Shown here piece by piece: positions 10,063-19,648 of a stretch of DNA of 64,000 bases. The notes under the pieces were generated by a model that was not told where the DNA came from, searched no databases, and saw only the letters and a program-made list of their open reading frames with translations. The stretch comes from Alphaproteobacteria bacterium. Lineage in GTDB: Bacteria; Pseudomonadota; Alphaproteobacteria; JACZXZ01. A program made the position numbers and the translations under genes. The DNA lies in NCBI GenBank assembly GCA_035509415.1, contig DATJLQ010000007.1:696-64695 (forward strand), given 5' to 3'. Position 1 is the first letter of the stretch. The number at the start of each line of letters is the position of its first letter.

Positions 10063-10076
10063 GTCTTCTCGATTTC

Positions 10077-10739
10077 ATGAGCGAAACCTTCCTTCCCATC
10101 ATCGTCATCGGCGCGGGCGGCCACGGACGCGTGGTCGCGGACGCGCTTGCGGCCGCGGGCCGCCGCGTGCTCGGCTTTTGCGACGCCGATCCGGCGCTCG
10201 GCGGCCGCACCGTCGCCGGCCGGCCCGTGCTCGGCGGCGACGACGCGGTCGAGCGACACACGCCGGCGCACGTCGAGCTCGCCATGGGGATCGGCGCCGC
10301 GGGTCGCAAGCCTGCCGCCGCCATGGCCGAGCGCGCTGCGCTCATCGGACGTTGGCGCGCGCGCGGCTACGGGTTCGCGTCGGTGATCCATCCCTCGGCG
10401 ACGCTCGCGCGGGATTGCGCGACGGAAACGGGCCTGCAGGCCATGGCGCGCGTCGTGGTCCAAACCGGAAGCCGCCTCGGCGCCGACTGCATCCTCAACA
10501 CCTCCGCCTCGATCGATCACGATTGCATCGTGGGTGCCAACGCGCAGATCGGGCCGGGTGCCGTGCTCGGCGGTGCGGTGACCGTGGGGGAGGGCGCCTA
10601 TATCGGCATCGGTGCCACGATCCTGCAGGGCGTTACGATCGGCGCGGGCGCCGAGATCGCGGCGGGTGCCGTCGTGCTCGCGGACGTGGCCGCCGGGGCG
10701 CGCGTCATGGGAGTTCCGGCGCGCGAGGTCGCGCGATGA
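10077..10739 (+). CDS. Sugar O-/N-acetyltransferase, NeuD/PglD/LegH family (left-handed beta-helix).
   Basis: N-terminal Rossmann-like IVIGAGGHGRVVADAL followed by hexapeptide repeats (IGPGAVLGGAVTVGEGAYIGIGATILQGVTIGAGAEIAAGAVV). Confidence 0.85.
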   Translation: MSETFLPIIVIGAGGHGRVVADALAAAGRRVLGFCDADPALGGRTVAGRPVLGGDDAVERHTPAHVELAMGIGAAGRKPAAAMAERAALIGRWRARGYGFASVIHPSATLARDCATETGLQAMARVVVQTGSRLGADCILNTSASIDHDCIVGANAQIGPGAVLGGAVTVGEGAYIGIGATILQGVTIGAGAEIAAGAVVLADVAAGARVMGVPAREVAR

Positions 10740-11791
10740 AATCCTGGCGCAAATCGCTGGTCGCACCGGAGCGCACCCTGCGCCAGGCGATGGAGCTCCT
10801 CGAGGCGGAGGGGCTCCAGGTGGTGCTCGTGGCCGACGCCGAGGGCCGCCTCAAGGGTCTCATCACCGACGGCGACATCCGGCGCGGACTCCTCAACGGG
10901 TTGGCGCTCGAGGCGCCGGTGAGTGCGGTGATGAATCCGAGCCCGGTGGTCGGGCGCGTGAGCGACAGCCGCGAGCATTTGACGGCGCTCTTGCGCACCC
11001 ACGAGAAGCGCATCCACCATCTGCCGCTGCTCGACGAGGCCGGCCGCATCGTCGAGCTCTTCACGGTCGACGACATCGTCGCGGTACCCTTGCGCTCGTC
11101 GCTCGTGGTGCTGCTCGCGGGCGGGCGCGGCACGCGGCTCCGCCCACTCACCGAGGATTGCCCCAAGCCCATGCTGCGCGTCGGCGGCCGCCCGATCCTC
11201 GAGACCATCATCGGGCGCTTCCAGCTCCACGGGCTCCATCGCTTCCGCATTGCGATCAACTATCTGGGTGCGATGATCGAGGATTACTTCGGCGACGGCG
11301 CGCGGTGGGGGGCGGAGATCGAGTATTTGCGCGAATCCCAGCCGCTCGGCACCGCGGGGCCGGTCAAGCTTCTCGCACCCCGGCCGGACGAGCCGTTCTT
11401 CGTCATGAACGGCGATCTCCTCACCACGGTCAATTTCGACCATCTCATGAGGTTCCACCAGGAGCACAAGGCGCCGCTCACCATGTGCGTGAGCGAGCAT
11501 GCCTATTCCGTGCCCTACGGTGTCGCCCAGACCGCGGGCGTGTACCTCCGCGAGCTGGTCGAGAAGCCGCGCTACCGGAGCCTGGTCAATGCCGGTATCT
11601 ACGTCGCCGACCCGGACGTGCTCGATCTCATCCCGCCGGACGCCCGCTTCGACATGACCGAGCTGATCGACGCACTGCTCGCCGCGCGCCGCCCGCCGGC
11701 CGTGTTCCCGCTGCACGAATACTGGGTCGATGTGGGCGAGCGCGAGGACTACAATCGCGCGATCCAGGAATACGGCGACATTTTCGAGTAG
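10736..11791 (+). CDS. CBS-domain sugar-phosphate nucleotidyltransferase (PtmE-like).
   Basis: ATGA overlap with the upstream stop. N-terminal CBS pair. Nucleotidyltransferase motif LLAGGRGTRLRPLTEDCPKPML. Confidence 0.8.
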   Translation: MKSWRKSLVAPERTLRQAMELLEAEGLQVVLVADAEGRLKGLITDGDIRRGLLNGLALEAPVSAVMNPSPVVGRVSDSREHLTALLRTHEKRIHHLPLLDEAGRIVELFTVDDIVAVPLRSSLVVLLAGGRGTRLRPLTEDCPKPMLRVGGRPILETIIGRFQLHGLHRFRIAINYLGAMIEDYFGDGARWGAEIEYLRESQPLGTAGPVKLLAPRPDEPFFVMNGDLLTTVNFDHLMRFHQEHKAPLTMCVSEHAYSVPYGVAQTAGVYLRELVEKPRYRSLVNAGIYVADPDVLDLIPPDARFDMTELIDALLAARRPPAVFPLHEYWVDVGEREDYNRAIQEYGDIFE

Positions 11792-11819
11792 ATCGCGAAC
11801 CCGCCGCGGAGTGACGCGC

Positions 11820-12989
11820 ATGATCGACCAATTCTTCTTCCAGCTCAACAACCGGCTCCATTACGGCCTCGGCTGGAGCCGCAAGCTCGGCGCCTTCCTC
11901 CAGGAGAAGGGCTACCGCGCACCCGCCCTTCTGGTCGATGCCGGGGTCGCCGAGCGCAATCCCTATTATCGCGAGATCGCGGGCCTCGTCGCGGCGGCGG
12001 GGTTCGCCGCCCCTGAGATCCTGCTGCGCGCGACCGAGGAGCCGTCCTACGATTATCTCGACGAGGTCGCGGCGCGGGTGCGCGCGTTGCCCGCGCTCGA
12101 CGTCATCGTCGCGATCGGCGGCGGCAGCGCCCTCGACACGGCCAAGGCGGTCGCGGCGTTGCGCACCAATCCGGGCTCCGGTATCGAGTATCGCGGCTTC
12201 GACAAGATCGGCATCGCGCCGGTCGACACGATCTGCATTCCGACCACCGCCGGCACCGGGAGCGAGGTCACGATCAACGCGGTCTTCACCGACAAGCGCG
12301 AGATGCGCAAGCTCGGCATCAACGGCCGTCACATGCACGCGACCTGGGCCGTGCTCGACGCCGAATGGACCGCGAGCTGCCCCAAGAGCGTCGCCGTCTC
12401 GTCGGGCGTCGACGCGTTGGTGCACACGCTCGAAAGCTTCACGACGACCAATTCGAACCCGCTCGTGCGCGCCTTCAACCGCGAGGCGTTCCGGCTTCTC
12501 TACGAGAATCTGCCCGCCTTGGTCGAGGAGCCTGGGAACGCGGAGAAGCGCCAGCACCTGCTGCTCGCGGCCTATCTCGCGGCGGCTGGCCTGTTCAATT
12601 CGGGCTCGGGCATCGCGGGGGCACTCTCATACCCGATCGGGGTCCATTTCAAGGTGCCCCATGGGATCGGCGGCGGCATCTTCGCGGCCTCGATCGTCGC
12701 GTACAATGTCGAGCGCGGCTACCACGACTATGCCGAACTCCTCGACGTGGTCGAGCCCCATCCCGGCTGGAGCGCCGAGCGGAAGGCGCGCCGCTTCGTC
12801 GACGCGCTGCAGGCGCTGGTCGACCGGCTCGGCGTGCCGCGCCATCTCGACCAATGGGGCATCTGCCGCGCGAACCTCAAGGAGGTCGCGACCCTCATGC
12901 TGCCGCTCCAGGCGGCGTTCAACCAGAACCCGGTCGCCTTCTCCGCCGAGCGCGACGTGCCCGCGATCCTCGCGAAGCACGTCGCCTGA
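11820..12989 (+). CDS. Iron-containing alcohol dehydrogenase family protein.
   Basis: Fe-ADH fold signatures (GGGSALDTAKAVA, His-rich metal site HGIGGGIFAASI). In-frame ATG at 11820 within the longer ORF. Confidence 0.75.
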   Translation: MIDQFFFQLNNRLHYGLGWSRKLGAFLQEKGYRAPALLVDAGVAERNPYYREIAGLVAAAGFAAPEILLRATEEPSYDYLDEVAARVRALPALDVIVAIGGGSALDTAKAVAALRTNPGSGIEYRGFDKIGIAPVDTICIPTTAGTGSEVTINAVFTDKREMRKLGINGRHMHATWAVLDAEWTASCPKSVAVSSGVDALVHTLESFTTTNSNPLVRAFNREAFRLLYENLPALVEEPGNAEKRQHLLLAAYLAAAGLFNSGSGIAGALSYPIGVHFKVPHGIGGGIFAASIVAYNVERGYHDYAELLDVVEPHPGWSAERKARRFVDALQALVDRLGVPRHLDQWGICRANLKEVATLMLPLQAAFNQNPVAFSAERDVPAILAKHVA

Positions 12990-13045
12990 GCGGCACCGCC
13001 GGCATTCCCGCAACCGTCTATTCATCGAGCGCACGAGGAAAAACC

Positions 13046-14236
13046 ATGGCCGGCTATGAAGTGTTCGGCGAGGAAGAGCGCCGCGCGATCAACGAGATTT
13101 TCGACCTCAACGGCGGCATCCTGTTCGCCCACGGCTTCGACGCCCTCCGGAAGGGCGTCTACCGCGTGCGCGAGTTCGAGCGCGCCTTCGCGACGCGTCT
13201 CGGCGCCAAGCACGCCCAGGCGGTTTCGTCCGGGACCGCCGCGATCAAGGTGGCGCTTCAGGCGCTCGGCGTCGGGCGCGGCGACGAGGTGATCACCCAG
13301 TCCTTCACCTTCGTCGCAACCGTCGAGGCGATCCTCGAGACCGGCGCCAAGCCGGTGATCGTCGACATCGACGACACGCTGAACATGGACCCGCGCGCGT
13401 TCGAGGCGGCGATCACGCCCAAGACCAAGGCGGTGGTGCCGGTGCACATGATGGGCGAGGCGGCGGCGCTCGACGAAATCGTCGCCATCGCGCGGCGCCA
13501 CAAGATCCTGGTCATGGAGGACACCGCCCAGGCGCTCGGGGCGCGCTACAAGGGCCGCATGCTCGGCACCATCGGCGACATCGCCGCCTTCAGCACCGAC
13601 GCGGGCAAGACCATCAACACGGGCGAGGGCGGGCTCGTGGTCACCAACGAGGATGCGCTCTACGAGCGCGCGCGCGGTCTCCACGATCACGGCCACGAAT
13701 ACAGCAAGACCCTCGGGCGCGGTCAGGAGGGGGCGATCTGCGTCGGCTTCAACTTCCGCATGACCGAGCTCCAGGGTGCGGTCGGCCTGGCGCAGCTCGC
13801 GAAGCTCGACATGATCGTCGGGCGCCAGCGCGAGAACAAGGCGAAGCTCATGGCGCGCCTCAGGAAGCTGCCGCTCAAGTTCCGCCGCAGCCTGGATGGC
13901 GCGGGCGATCTCTCCGACACGATCGTGTTCTTCCTCGCGAGCTCCGCCAAGGCGAACGCTTTCGTCGCCGAGATGGCGAAGGAGGGGCTGGGGACGAAGA
14001 ACCTGCCCGACGCGGTGCGTTGGCATTTCGCGCGCCATTGGCAGCACATGTTCGAGGCGACCGGCTATTACCGCGACAGCTACCGGAGCGAATGGCGCGC
14101 CTCGGCCGATCTCCTCGAGCGCGCGGTCGCGATCCCGGTCATGGTCAAGATGGACGACGCGCGCATCGACACCGTGGCGTCCAAGCTCGAATCGATCACC
14201 GAGCGCGTCGTCTCGTCGAACGAGCCCGCCGCTTGA
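13046..14236 (+). CDS. DegT/DnrJ/EryC1/StrS-family PLP-dependent aminotransferase or dehydratase.
   Basis: Family-typical sequence (TGEGGLVVTNEDALYERARGLHDHG, FNFRMTELQGAVGLAQLAKLD). The upstream ORF extension is a frame artefact. Confidence 0.8.
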   Translation: MAGYEVFGEEERRAINEIFDLNGGILFAHGFDALRKGVYRVREFERAFATRLGAKHAQAVSSGTAAIKVALQALGVGRGDEVITQSFTFVATVEAILETGAKPVIVDIDDTLNMDPRAFEAAITPKTKAVVPVHMMGEAAALDEIVAIARRHKILVMEDTAQALGARYKGRMLGTIGDIAAFSTDAGKTINTGEGGLVVTNEDALYERARGLHDHGHEYSKTLGRGQEGAICVGFNFRMTELQGAVGLAQLAKLDMIVGRQRENKAKLMARLRKLPLKFRRSLDGAGDLSDTIVFFLASSAKANAFVAEMAKEGLGTKNLPDAVRWHFARHWQHMFEATGYYRDSYRSEWRASADLLERAVAIPVMVKMDDARIDTVASKLESITERVVSSNEPAA

Positions 14237-14955
14237 CGCTTCTCGCCTTCATTCCCGCGCGCGGCGGCTCAAAAGGAATCCCGCGCAAGAACATGGCGCT
14301 TCTCGCGGGCCGGCCGCTGCTCGGCTATACGCTCGCCGCGGCCAAGGCGTCGCGCGCGGTCTCCGAGATTTTCGTCTCGACCGACGATGACGAGATCGCG
14401 GCATTCTCCGAGGCCGAAGGCGTCGCGGTTCCCTATCGCCGCCCGAAGGCGCTCGCGACCGACACGGCACCCATCATCGACGCGGTCGTCGACGCGCTCG
14501 ATTGGCGCATGCGCGCGGGGCTGAGCGAGCCGGCTGCGATCGCGCTCCTGCAGCCGACCTCGCCCTTTCGTGCCGCCGCCGATATCGACCGCGCGGCTGC
14601 GGAATTCGAGGCGTCGGGCCGCGAGAGCCTGGTCGCGGTGCACGAAATGGCCGAGCATCCTTACGAATGCGTGCGCGCGAGCGGGGAGGGCTGGAGCCCG
14701 CTCGCGACGCCGCCCACCCCCGCGACGCGACGCCAGGATTACGGCCCCGAGCGCTTTCTTTTCATCAACGGCGCCCTCTATATCGCGACGCCCAGATTCC
14801 TCAGGCGGCGCCACGCCTTCGTCGTTCCCGGCGAGACGGCGCTCTTCGAGATGGACCCGGTGCGGGGCGCCGACATAGACGATCTCGACGATTGGCATCG
14901 CGCCGAGGCGCTGCTCGCCTCGCCCGCGCTCAAGGGGCGCTTGGCGCTCGCCTAG
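14233..14955 (+). CDS. Acylneuraminate cytidylyltransferase-family protein (CMP-nonulosonic acid synthetase, NeuA/LegF-like).
   Basis: TTG start overlaps the upstream stop (TTGA). N-terminal LAFIPARGGSKGIPRKN signature of the CMP-NeuAc/KDO synthetase family. Confidence 0.75.
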   Translation: MTLLAFIPARGGSKGIPRKNMALLAGRPLLGYTLAAAKASRAVSEIFVSTDDDEIAAFSEAEGVAVPYRRPKALATDTAPIIDAVVDALDWRMRAGLSEPAAIALLQPTSPFRAAADIDRAAAEFEASGRESLVAVHEMAEHPYECVRASGEGWSPLATPPTPATRRQDYGPERFLFINGALYIATPRFLRRRHAFVVPGETALFEMDPVRGADIDDLDDWHRAEALLASPALKGRLALA

Positions 14956-14985
14956 AACGACACGCTCGCTTGGAAGGACGACGAG

Positions 14986-16140
14986 ATGCCGAGCCGCGAC
15001 AACGACCCCTATTTCCGCCATCTGCGCCGCGTCGTCGACGAAAGCGATCCTGCGCTTTCGGACGACGCGAAGTCGCGCGCCTGGGCCGAGGGCGAGCGAG
15101 TCCACGCCGAGGTGCTGGCGCCGTTGAAGCTCGCGGGGCGCACGATCCTGCTGGTGGGTGGGGCGGGCTATATCGGGACGCCGCTCACGGCGGCCTTGCT
15201 CGAGCGCGGCTACGGGGTCGTGTGCCTCGATTTGCTGCTCTACCGCAACCAAGCGTGCGTCACGCCGTTTCTCGGCCATCCACGTTATCGCTTCGTGCGC
15301 GGCGATCTCGCCGACGCGGCCGCAATCGAGCGCGCGCTCGAGGGGGTGAGCGACGCGATCCTGCTCGCGGGCCTGGTCGGCGACCCCATCACCGCGCGTT
15401 ATCCCGAGCATGCCCAGGCGATCAACGACGAGGGCATGGCTTCGCTGATCGCGCGGCTCAAGGGGCGCGGGCTCAACAAGCTCGTGTTCGTCTCGACCTG
15501 CTCGAACTACGGCGAAATTCCCGCCGACGCCACGGCGGACGAGGAATTCCCGTTGAAGCCTCTCTCGCTCTACGCCAAGGCCAAGGTGCGCATGGAGGGC
15601 CTCGTGCGCGACGCGCGCGGCAACGCGGACTATTGCGCGACCGTGTTGCGTTTCGCGACCGCCTTCGGCCTCTCGGGCCGCATGCGCTTCGACCTCACGG
15701 TGAGCGAGTTCACGCGCGACCTGTTCGCGGGCCGCACCCTCGAGGTCTACGACGCCGATACCTGGCGCCCCTATTGCCATGTGCGCGATTTCGCGCGCGC
15801 CCTCATCCGCGTGCTCGAGGCGCCGCGCGCGGACGTGGCCTTCGAGGTGTTCAACGCGGGCGGCGACGTGAACAATTTCACCAAGGGCATGATCGTGGAC
15901 GCGGTGCGCAAAGAGCTGCCGCGGGCGCAGTTCAAGTTCGTCGAAGGCGGGCGCGACCGGCGCAATTACCGCGTCGACTTCGCCAAGATCCGACGCGTGC
16001 TCGGCTTCGAGCCGCGCGTCACGGTGGCGGACGGGATTCGCGAGCTGGTCGCGGCCTTGGGCCAGGGCTTCTTCGCCGATTACGACGACCGGCTCGATTT
16101 CTACCGCAACCGGGAAATCGCCTACCAACGCCCGCGATGA
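14986..16140 (+). CDS. NAD-dependent epimerase/dehydratase (extended SDR), a candidate nucleotide-sugar 4,6-dehydratase.
   Basis: GxxGxxG (LVGGAGYIGTPL) and YxxxK (YAKAK) motifs. 384 aa. Confidence 0.75.
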   Translation: MPSRDNDPYFRHLRRVVDESDPALSDDAKSRAWAEGERVHAEVLAPLKLAGRTILLVGGAGYIGTPLTAALLERGYGVVCLDLLLYRNQACVTPFLGHPRYRFVRGDLADAAAIERALEGVSDAILLAGLVGDPITARYPEHAQAINDEGMASLIARLKGRGLNKLVFVSTCSNYGEIPADATADEEFPLKPLSLYAKAKVRMEGLVRDARGNADYCATVLRFATAFGLSGRMRFDLTVSEFTRDLFAGRTLEVYDADTWRPYCHVRDFARALIRVLEAPRADVAFEVFNAGGDVNNFTKGMIVDAVRKELPRAQFKFVEGGRDRRNYRVDFAKIRRVLGFEPRVTVADGIRELVAALGQGFFADYDDRLDFYRNREIAYQRPR

Positions 16141-17360
16141 GCAGCATTTCTTCCAGTCCCGTGACGAAGCCGACGCTCGACTCCGCGACCGATCCTGCGG
16201 TGGCCGCCGTGCTCGCGGCGTTGCGCCAAGTGGCCGGTGCTGCCGCGAATGCGCCGATCGGCCTTCATGAGCCCGAATTCGCGGGCCGCGAATGGGATTA
16301 CGTCAAATCCTGCCTCGATACGGGGTGGGTCTCGTCGGCGGGCGCGTTCGTCGACCGGTTCGAGCGCGAGCTCGCGGACTACACGGGCACGCGTCATTGC
16401 ATCGCGACGGTCAACGGCACGGCGGCACTCCATCTGGCGTTGCGCTTGGCCGGCGTCGAAGCGGGCGACGAGGTGATCGTGCCGACCATCGGCTTCATCG
16501 CGACCTGCAACGCGGTTTCCTATTGCGGCGCCGTGCCTCATCTCGTCGATAGTAACGAAACGACTCTCGGCATGGATCCGGCGAAGCTCGGCTCCTGGCT
16601 CGACGAGATCGCCGAGCGTCGCACCGGCGGCGCGCTCTTGAACCGCCGCACGGGACGGCGCCTCGCGGCAATCGTGCCGATGCACACCTTCGGCCATCCG
16701 GTCGAGATCGATGCGCTCCTCGAGCTCGCCGCGCGTTGGAACATTCCGCTCGTCGAGGACGCGGCCGAATCCTTGGGCTCGACCTATCGCGGGCGCCATT
16801 GCGGCAGCTTCGGGCGTTTGGCGGCGCTGAGTTTCAACGGCAACAAGATCGTGACGACCGGGGGCGGCGGGGCGGTGCTCACCGACGATGCCGAGCTCGC
16901 GCGCCGCGCGAAGCATCTTTCGACCACGGCCAAGCTCTCGCACCGCTGGCGCTTCGACCATGACGAGGTCGGCTACAATTACCGCCTTCCGAACTTGAAC
17001 GCGGCCTTGGGCTGCGCACAGCTCGAGCGCATGCCGTCCTTCCTCGCGCGGAAGCGCCGCCTCGCGGAATCCTACCGCGCCGCCTTCGCCGGCATTGCGG
17101 GCGTGCGCGTCTTCGAGGAGCCGGCCCACGCGCAGAGCAACTACTGGCTCAACGTCATCCTGGTCGAGCCTAAGCTGCGCGACCCGATCCTCGCCGCCAC
17201 CAACGAGGCCGGGCTCATGACGCGTCCCGCTTGGACGCCGATGCATCGCCTCCCCATGTACGAGTCGGCGCCGCGTATGGACGATCTCTCGGTCGCTGAG
17301 GAGATCGAGCGTCGCCTGATCAATCTTCCGAGCAGCGCGGGCCTCGCGGGCCATGACTAG
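16137..17360 (+). CDS. LegC/PseC-type nucleotide-sugar aminotransferase (DegT family).
   Basis: ATGA overlap. Motifs WDYVKSCLDTGWVSSAG and SFNGNKIVTTGGGGAVLT are typical of UDP/GDP-4-keto-6-deoxy sugar aminotransferases. Confidence 0.85.
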   Translation: MSSISSSPVTKPTLDSATDPAVAAVLAALRQVAGAAANAPIGLHEPEFAGREWDYVKSCLDTGWVSSAGAFVDRFERELADYTGTRHCIATVNGTAALHLALRLAGVEAGDEVIVPTIGFIATCNAVSYCGAVPHLVDSNETTLGMDPAKLGSWLDEIAERRTGGALLNRRTGRRLAAIVPMHTFGHPVEIDALLELAARWNIPLVEDAAESLGSTYRGRHCGSFGRLAALSFNGNKIVTTGGGGAVLTDDAELARRAKHLSTTAKLSHRWRFDHDEVGYNYRLPNLNAALGCAQLERMPSFLARKRRLAESYRAAFAGIAGVRVFEEPAHAQSNYWLNVILVEPKLRDPILAATNEAGLMTRPAWTPMHRLPMYESAPRMDDLSVAEEIERRLINLPSSAGLAGHD

Positions 17361-18567
17361 TCCGACGCCCCGGAAAGTCTGCGTCGTCACCGGCTCGCGC
17401 GCGGAATACGGCATCCTGCGCCCGCTGCTCGCGGCCCTCAAGGCAGACCCGGGCTTCGAGCTCCGGCTCGTCGTGTGCGCGATGCATCTCTCGGCCACCT
17501 TCGGCCTCACCTATCGCGAGATCGAGGCGGACGGCTTCGCGATCGACCGCCAGGTCGAGATGGCGCCCGACGCGGACACGGCCGCCGGGGTGACGAAGTC
17601 GATCGGCCGCGGCTGCATCGGCTTCGCCGACGCCTTTGCCGAGCTCAAGCCCGATCTCCTGGTTCTTCTGGGCGACCGCTACGAGATTCTGGCCGCGGCG
17701 GCGGCGGCGCTCGTCGCGCGCATTCCGGTCGCGCACATCCACGGCGGCGAGCTCACCGAGGGCGCCATCGACGACGCGATCCGGCACGCGGTCACCAAGA
17801 TGTCCCATCTCCATTTCTGCGCCGCCGAGACCTATCGCCAACGCGTGATCCAGCTCGGCGAGGCGCCCGAGCGCGTATTCACCGTGGGCGCGCTCGGCCT
17901 CGACAATCTCGCTGCCATCCCGCTCATGAGCCGGCACGAGCTCGAGACCGATCTCGATTTCCGCTTCGGCGACCGGATGGTGGTCGTGACTTACCATCCG
18001 GCGACCCTCGAGGCGGGCGATCCCGCGGCCGGGCTCGCCGCACTCCTCAAGGCGCTCGACCGGTTCCCCGAATTGCGCGCGGTGATCACCTATCCCAACG
18101 CGGATGCGGGGGCGAACGCGCTCATCGACGGGATCGAGGCCTACGCCGCGCGGCGCAAGGGCCGCGTCCTCCTGGTGAAGTCGCTCGGCACCCGGCGTTA
18201 TCTGAGCCTCGTGGCCCAGGCCGCCGCAGTTATCGGCAATTCGTCGAGCGGCATCATCGAGGTTCCGTCCTTCCGCGTGCCCACGGTCAATCTCGGCACG
18301 CGCCAACGTGGCCGCCTGCGCGCGGCGTCGATCGTCGATTGCGCCGAGGAGCCGGAGGCGATCCTGCGCGCGATCCAGACCGCACTCTCGTCCGAGTTCC
18401 GCGCAGGGCTCATGGGCATGGCGAATCCCTATGGCGACGGCAAGACCGCGCCGCGCATTCTCGAGCGCCTGCGCGCGGCCGATCTCGAGGCGCTGCCGAT
18501 GAAGCGCTTTTACGATCTGCCGCGCGTGACGGCGGACGCGCGCGAGACGGCGGCGGCGAATCCATGA
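17353..18567 (+). CDS. neuC: UDP/GDP-N-acetylglucosamine 2-epimerase (hydrolysing), NeuC/LegG family.
   Basis: Motifs KVCVVTGSRAEYGILRPLL and HIHGGELTEGAIDDAIRHAVTKMSHLHF are characteristic of NeuC. Confidence 0.85.
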   Translation: MTSPTPRKVCVVTGSRAEYGILRPLLAALKADPGFELRLVVCAMHLSATFGLTYREIEADGFAIDRQVEMAPDADTAAGVTKSIGRGCIGFADAFAELKPDLLVLLGDRYEILAAAAAALVARIPVAHIHGGELTEGAIDDAIRHAVTKMSHLHFCAAETYRQRVIQLGEAPERVFTVGALGLDNLAAIPLMSRHELETDLDFRFGDRMVVVTYHPATLEAGDPAAGLAALLKALDRFPELRAVITYPNADAGANALIDGIEAYAARRKGRVLLVKSLGTRRYLSLVAQAAAVIGNSSSGIIEVPSFRVPTVNLGTRQRGRLRAASIVDCAEEPEAILRAIQTALSSEFRAGLMGMANPYGDGKTAPRILERLRAADLEALPMKRFYDLPRVTADARETAAANP

Positions 18568-19637
18568 CGCGCACGCTCGTCATCGCCGAGGCCGGGGTCA
18601 ATCATAACGGCTCGGCCGAGCTCGCGCTCGAGCTCGTCGACGTCGCGGCGGCGGCGGGCGCCGACGTGGTCAAGTTCCAGACCTTCCGCGCCGACGCGCT
18701 CGTCACGCGCGACGCCCCCAAGGCCGCGTACCAGAAGGAGCGCACTGCCGGCGACGATCAATACGCGATGCTCAAGGCGCTCGAGCTCGACCGCGCGATG
18801 CATGAGCGGCTCGCCGCGCGCTGCACGGAGAAGGGGATCGAGTTTCTCTCGACCGCCTTCGACCTCGAGAGCCTGGACCTCGTGGTCGCGACGGGCGTCA
18901 AGCGCCTCAAGATTCCATCGGGCGAGATCACCAACGGCCCGTTCCTCCTGGCCGCCGCGCGCAAGAAGCTTCCCATGGTGCTTTCGACCGGCATGTCGAC
19001 CCTCGACGAGATCGAGGAAGCGCTCGGCGTCGTCGCCTTCGGCCTCCTCGCGCCGTCGCAATCGAAGCCGACCCGCGCCGCTTTCGCCGAGGCCTTTCGC
19101 GCCCCCGAGGCCGCGGCGGCATTGCGCGCCAAAGTGACGCTGCTTCATTGCACCACGAGCTATCCGGCCGCGCTCGCGGACGTGAATTTGCGCGCCATGG
19201 ACACGATGGCCGAGCGCTTCGGCCTTCCGGTCGGCTATTCCGACCACAGCGAGGGGATCGAAGTGGCGCTCGCGGCGGTGGCGCGCGGGGCCACCACCCT
19301 CGAGAAGCACTTCACGCTCTCGCGCGATTTGCCGGGCCCGGACCACAAAGCCTCCCTCGAGCCCGCCGAGCTCAGGGCGATGATCGCGGGCATCCGGCGC
19401 GTCGAGGCGTGTCTCGGCAGTGCCGCCAAGGCGCCGACCGCGGCCGAGCGTCCGATGCAGGGGATCGCGCGTCATAGCCTCGTCGCCGCGTGCGCGATCG
19501 CGGCGGGCGAGGTGTTCAGCGAAAGGAACCTCGCCTCGAAGCGGCCCGGCACCGGCCTTTCGCCCATGGGCTATTGGGACCTGCTCGGCCGCCGCGCCGC
19601 GCGCGCCTACGCGCCCGACGAGCTGATCGACCAATGA
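18564..19637 (+). CDS. neuB: N-acylneuraminate (nonulosonic acid) synthase NeuB/LegI with C-terminal SAF domain.
   Basis: ATGA overlap. N-terminal LVIAEAGVNHNGS and a complete SAF/antifreeze-like C-terminus. The upstream ORF extension is an artefact. Confidence 0.9.
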   Translation: MTRTLVIAEAGVNHNGSAELALELVDVAAAAGADVVKFQTFRADALVTRDAPKAAYQKERTAGDDQYAMLKALELDRAMHERLAARCTEKGIEFLSTAFDLESLDLVVATGVKRLKIPSGEITNGPFLLAAARKKLPMVLSTGMSTLDEIEEALGVVAFGLLAPSQSKPTRAAFAEAFRAPEAAAALRAKVTLLHCTTSYPAALADVNLRAMDTMAERFGLPVGYSDHSEGIEVALAAVARGATTLEKHFTLSRDLPGPDHKASLEPAELRAMIAGIRRVEACLGSAAKAPTAAERPMQGIARHSLVAACAIAAGEVFSERNLASKRPGTGLSPMGYWDLLGRRAARAYAPDELIDQ

Positions 19638-19648
19638 TTTCGAGCCCC

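Noticed and set aside
14269-17510. Long minus-strand ORFs 14269-16128 and 16122-17510, and plus-strand ORF 14502-17360 from its distant upstream start.
   Set aside because: Antisense or out-of-frame shadows of the CMP-synthetase, SDR and aminotransferase genes. The in-frame internal ATG at 16137, with ATGA coupling, gives the real LegC-like protein.
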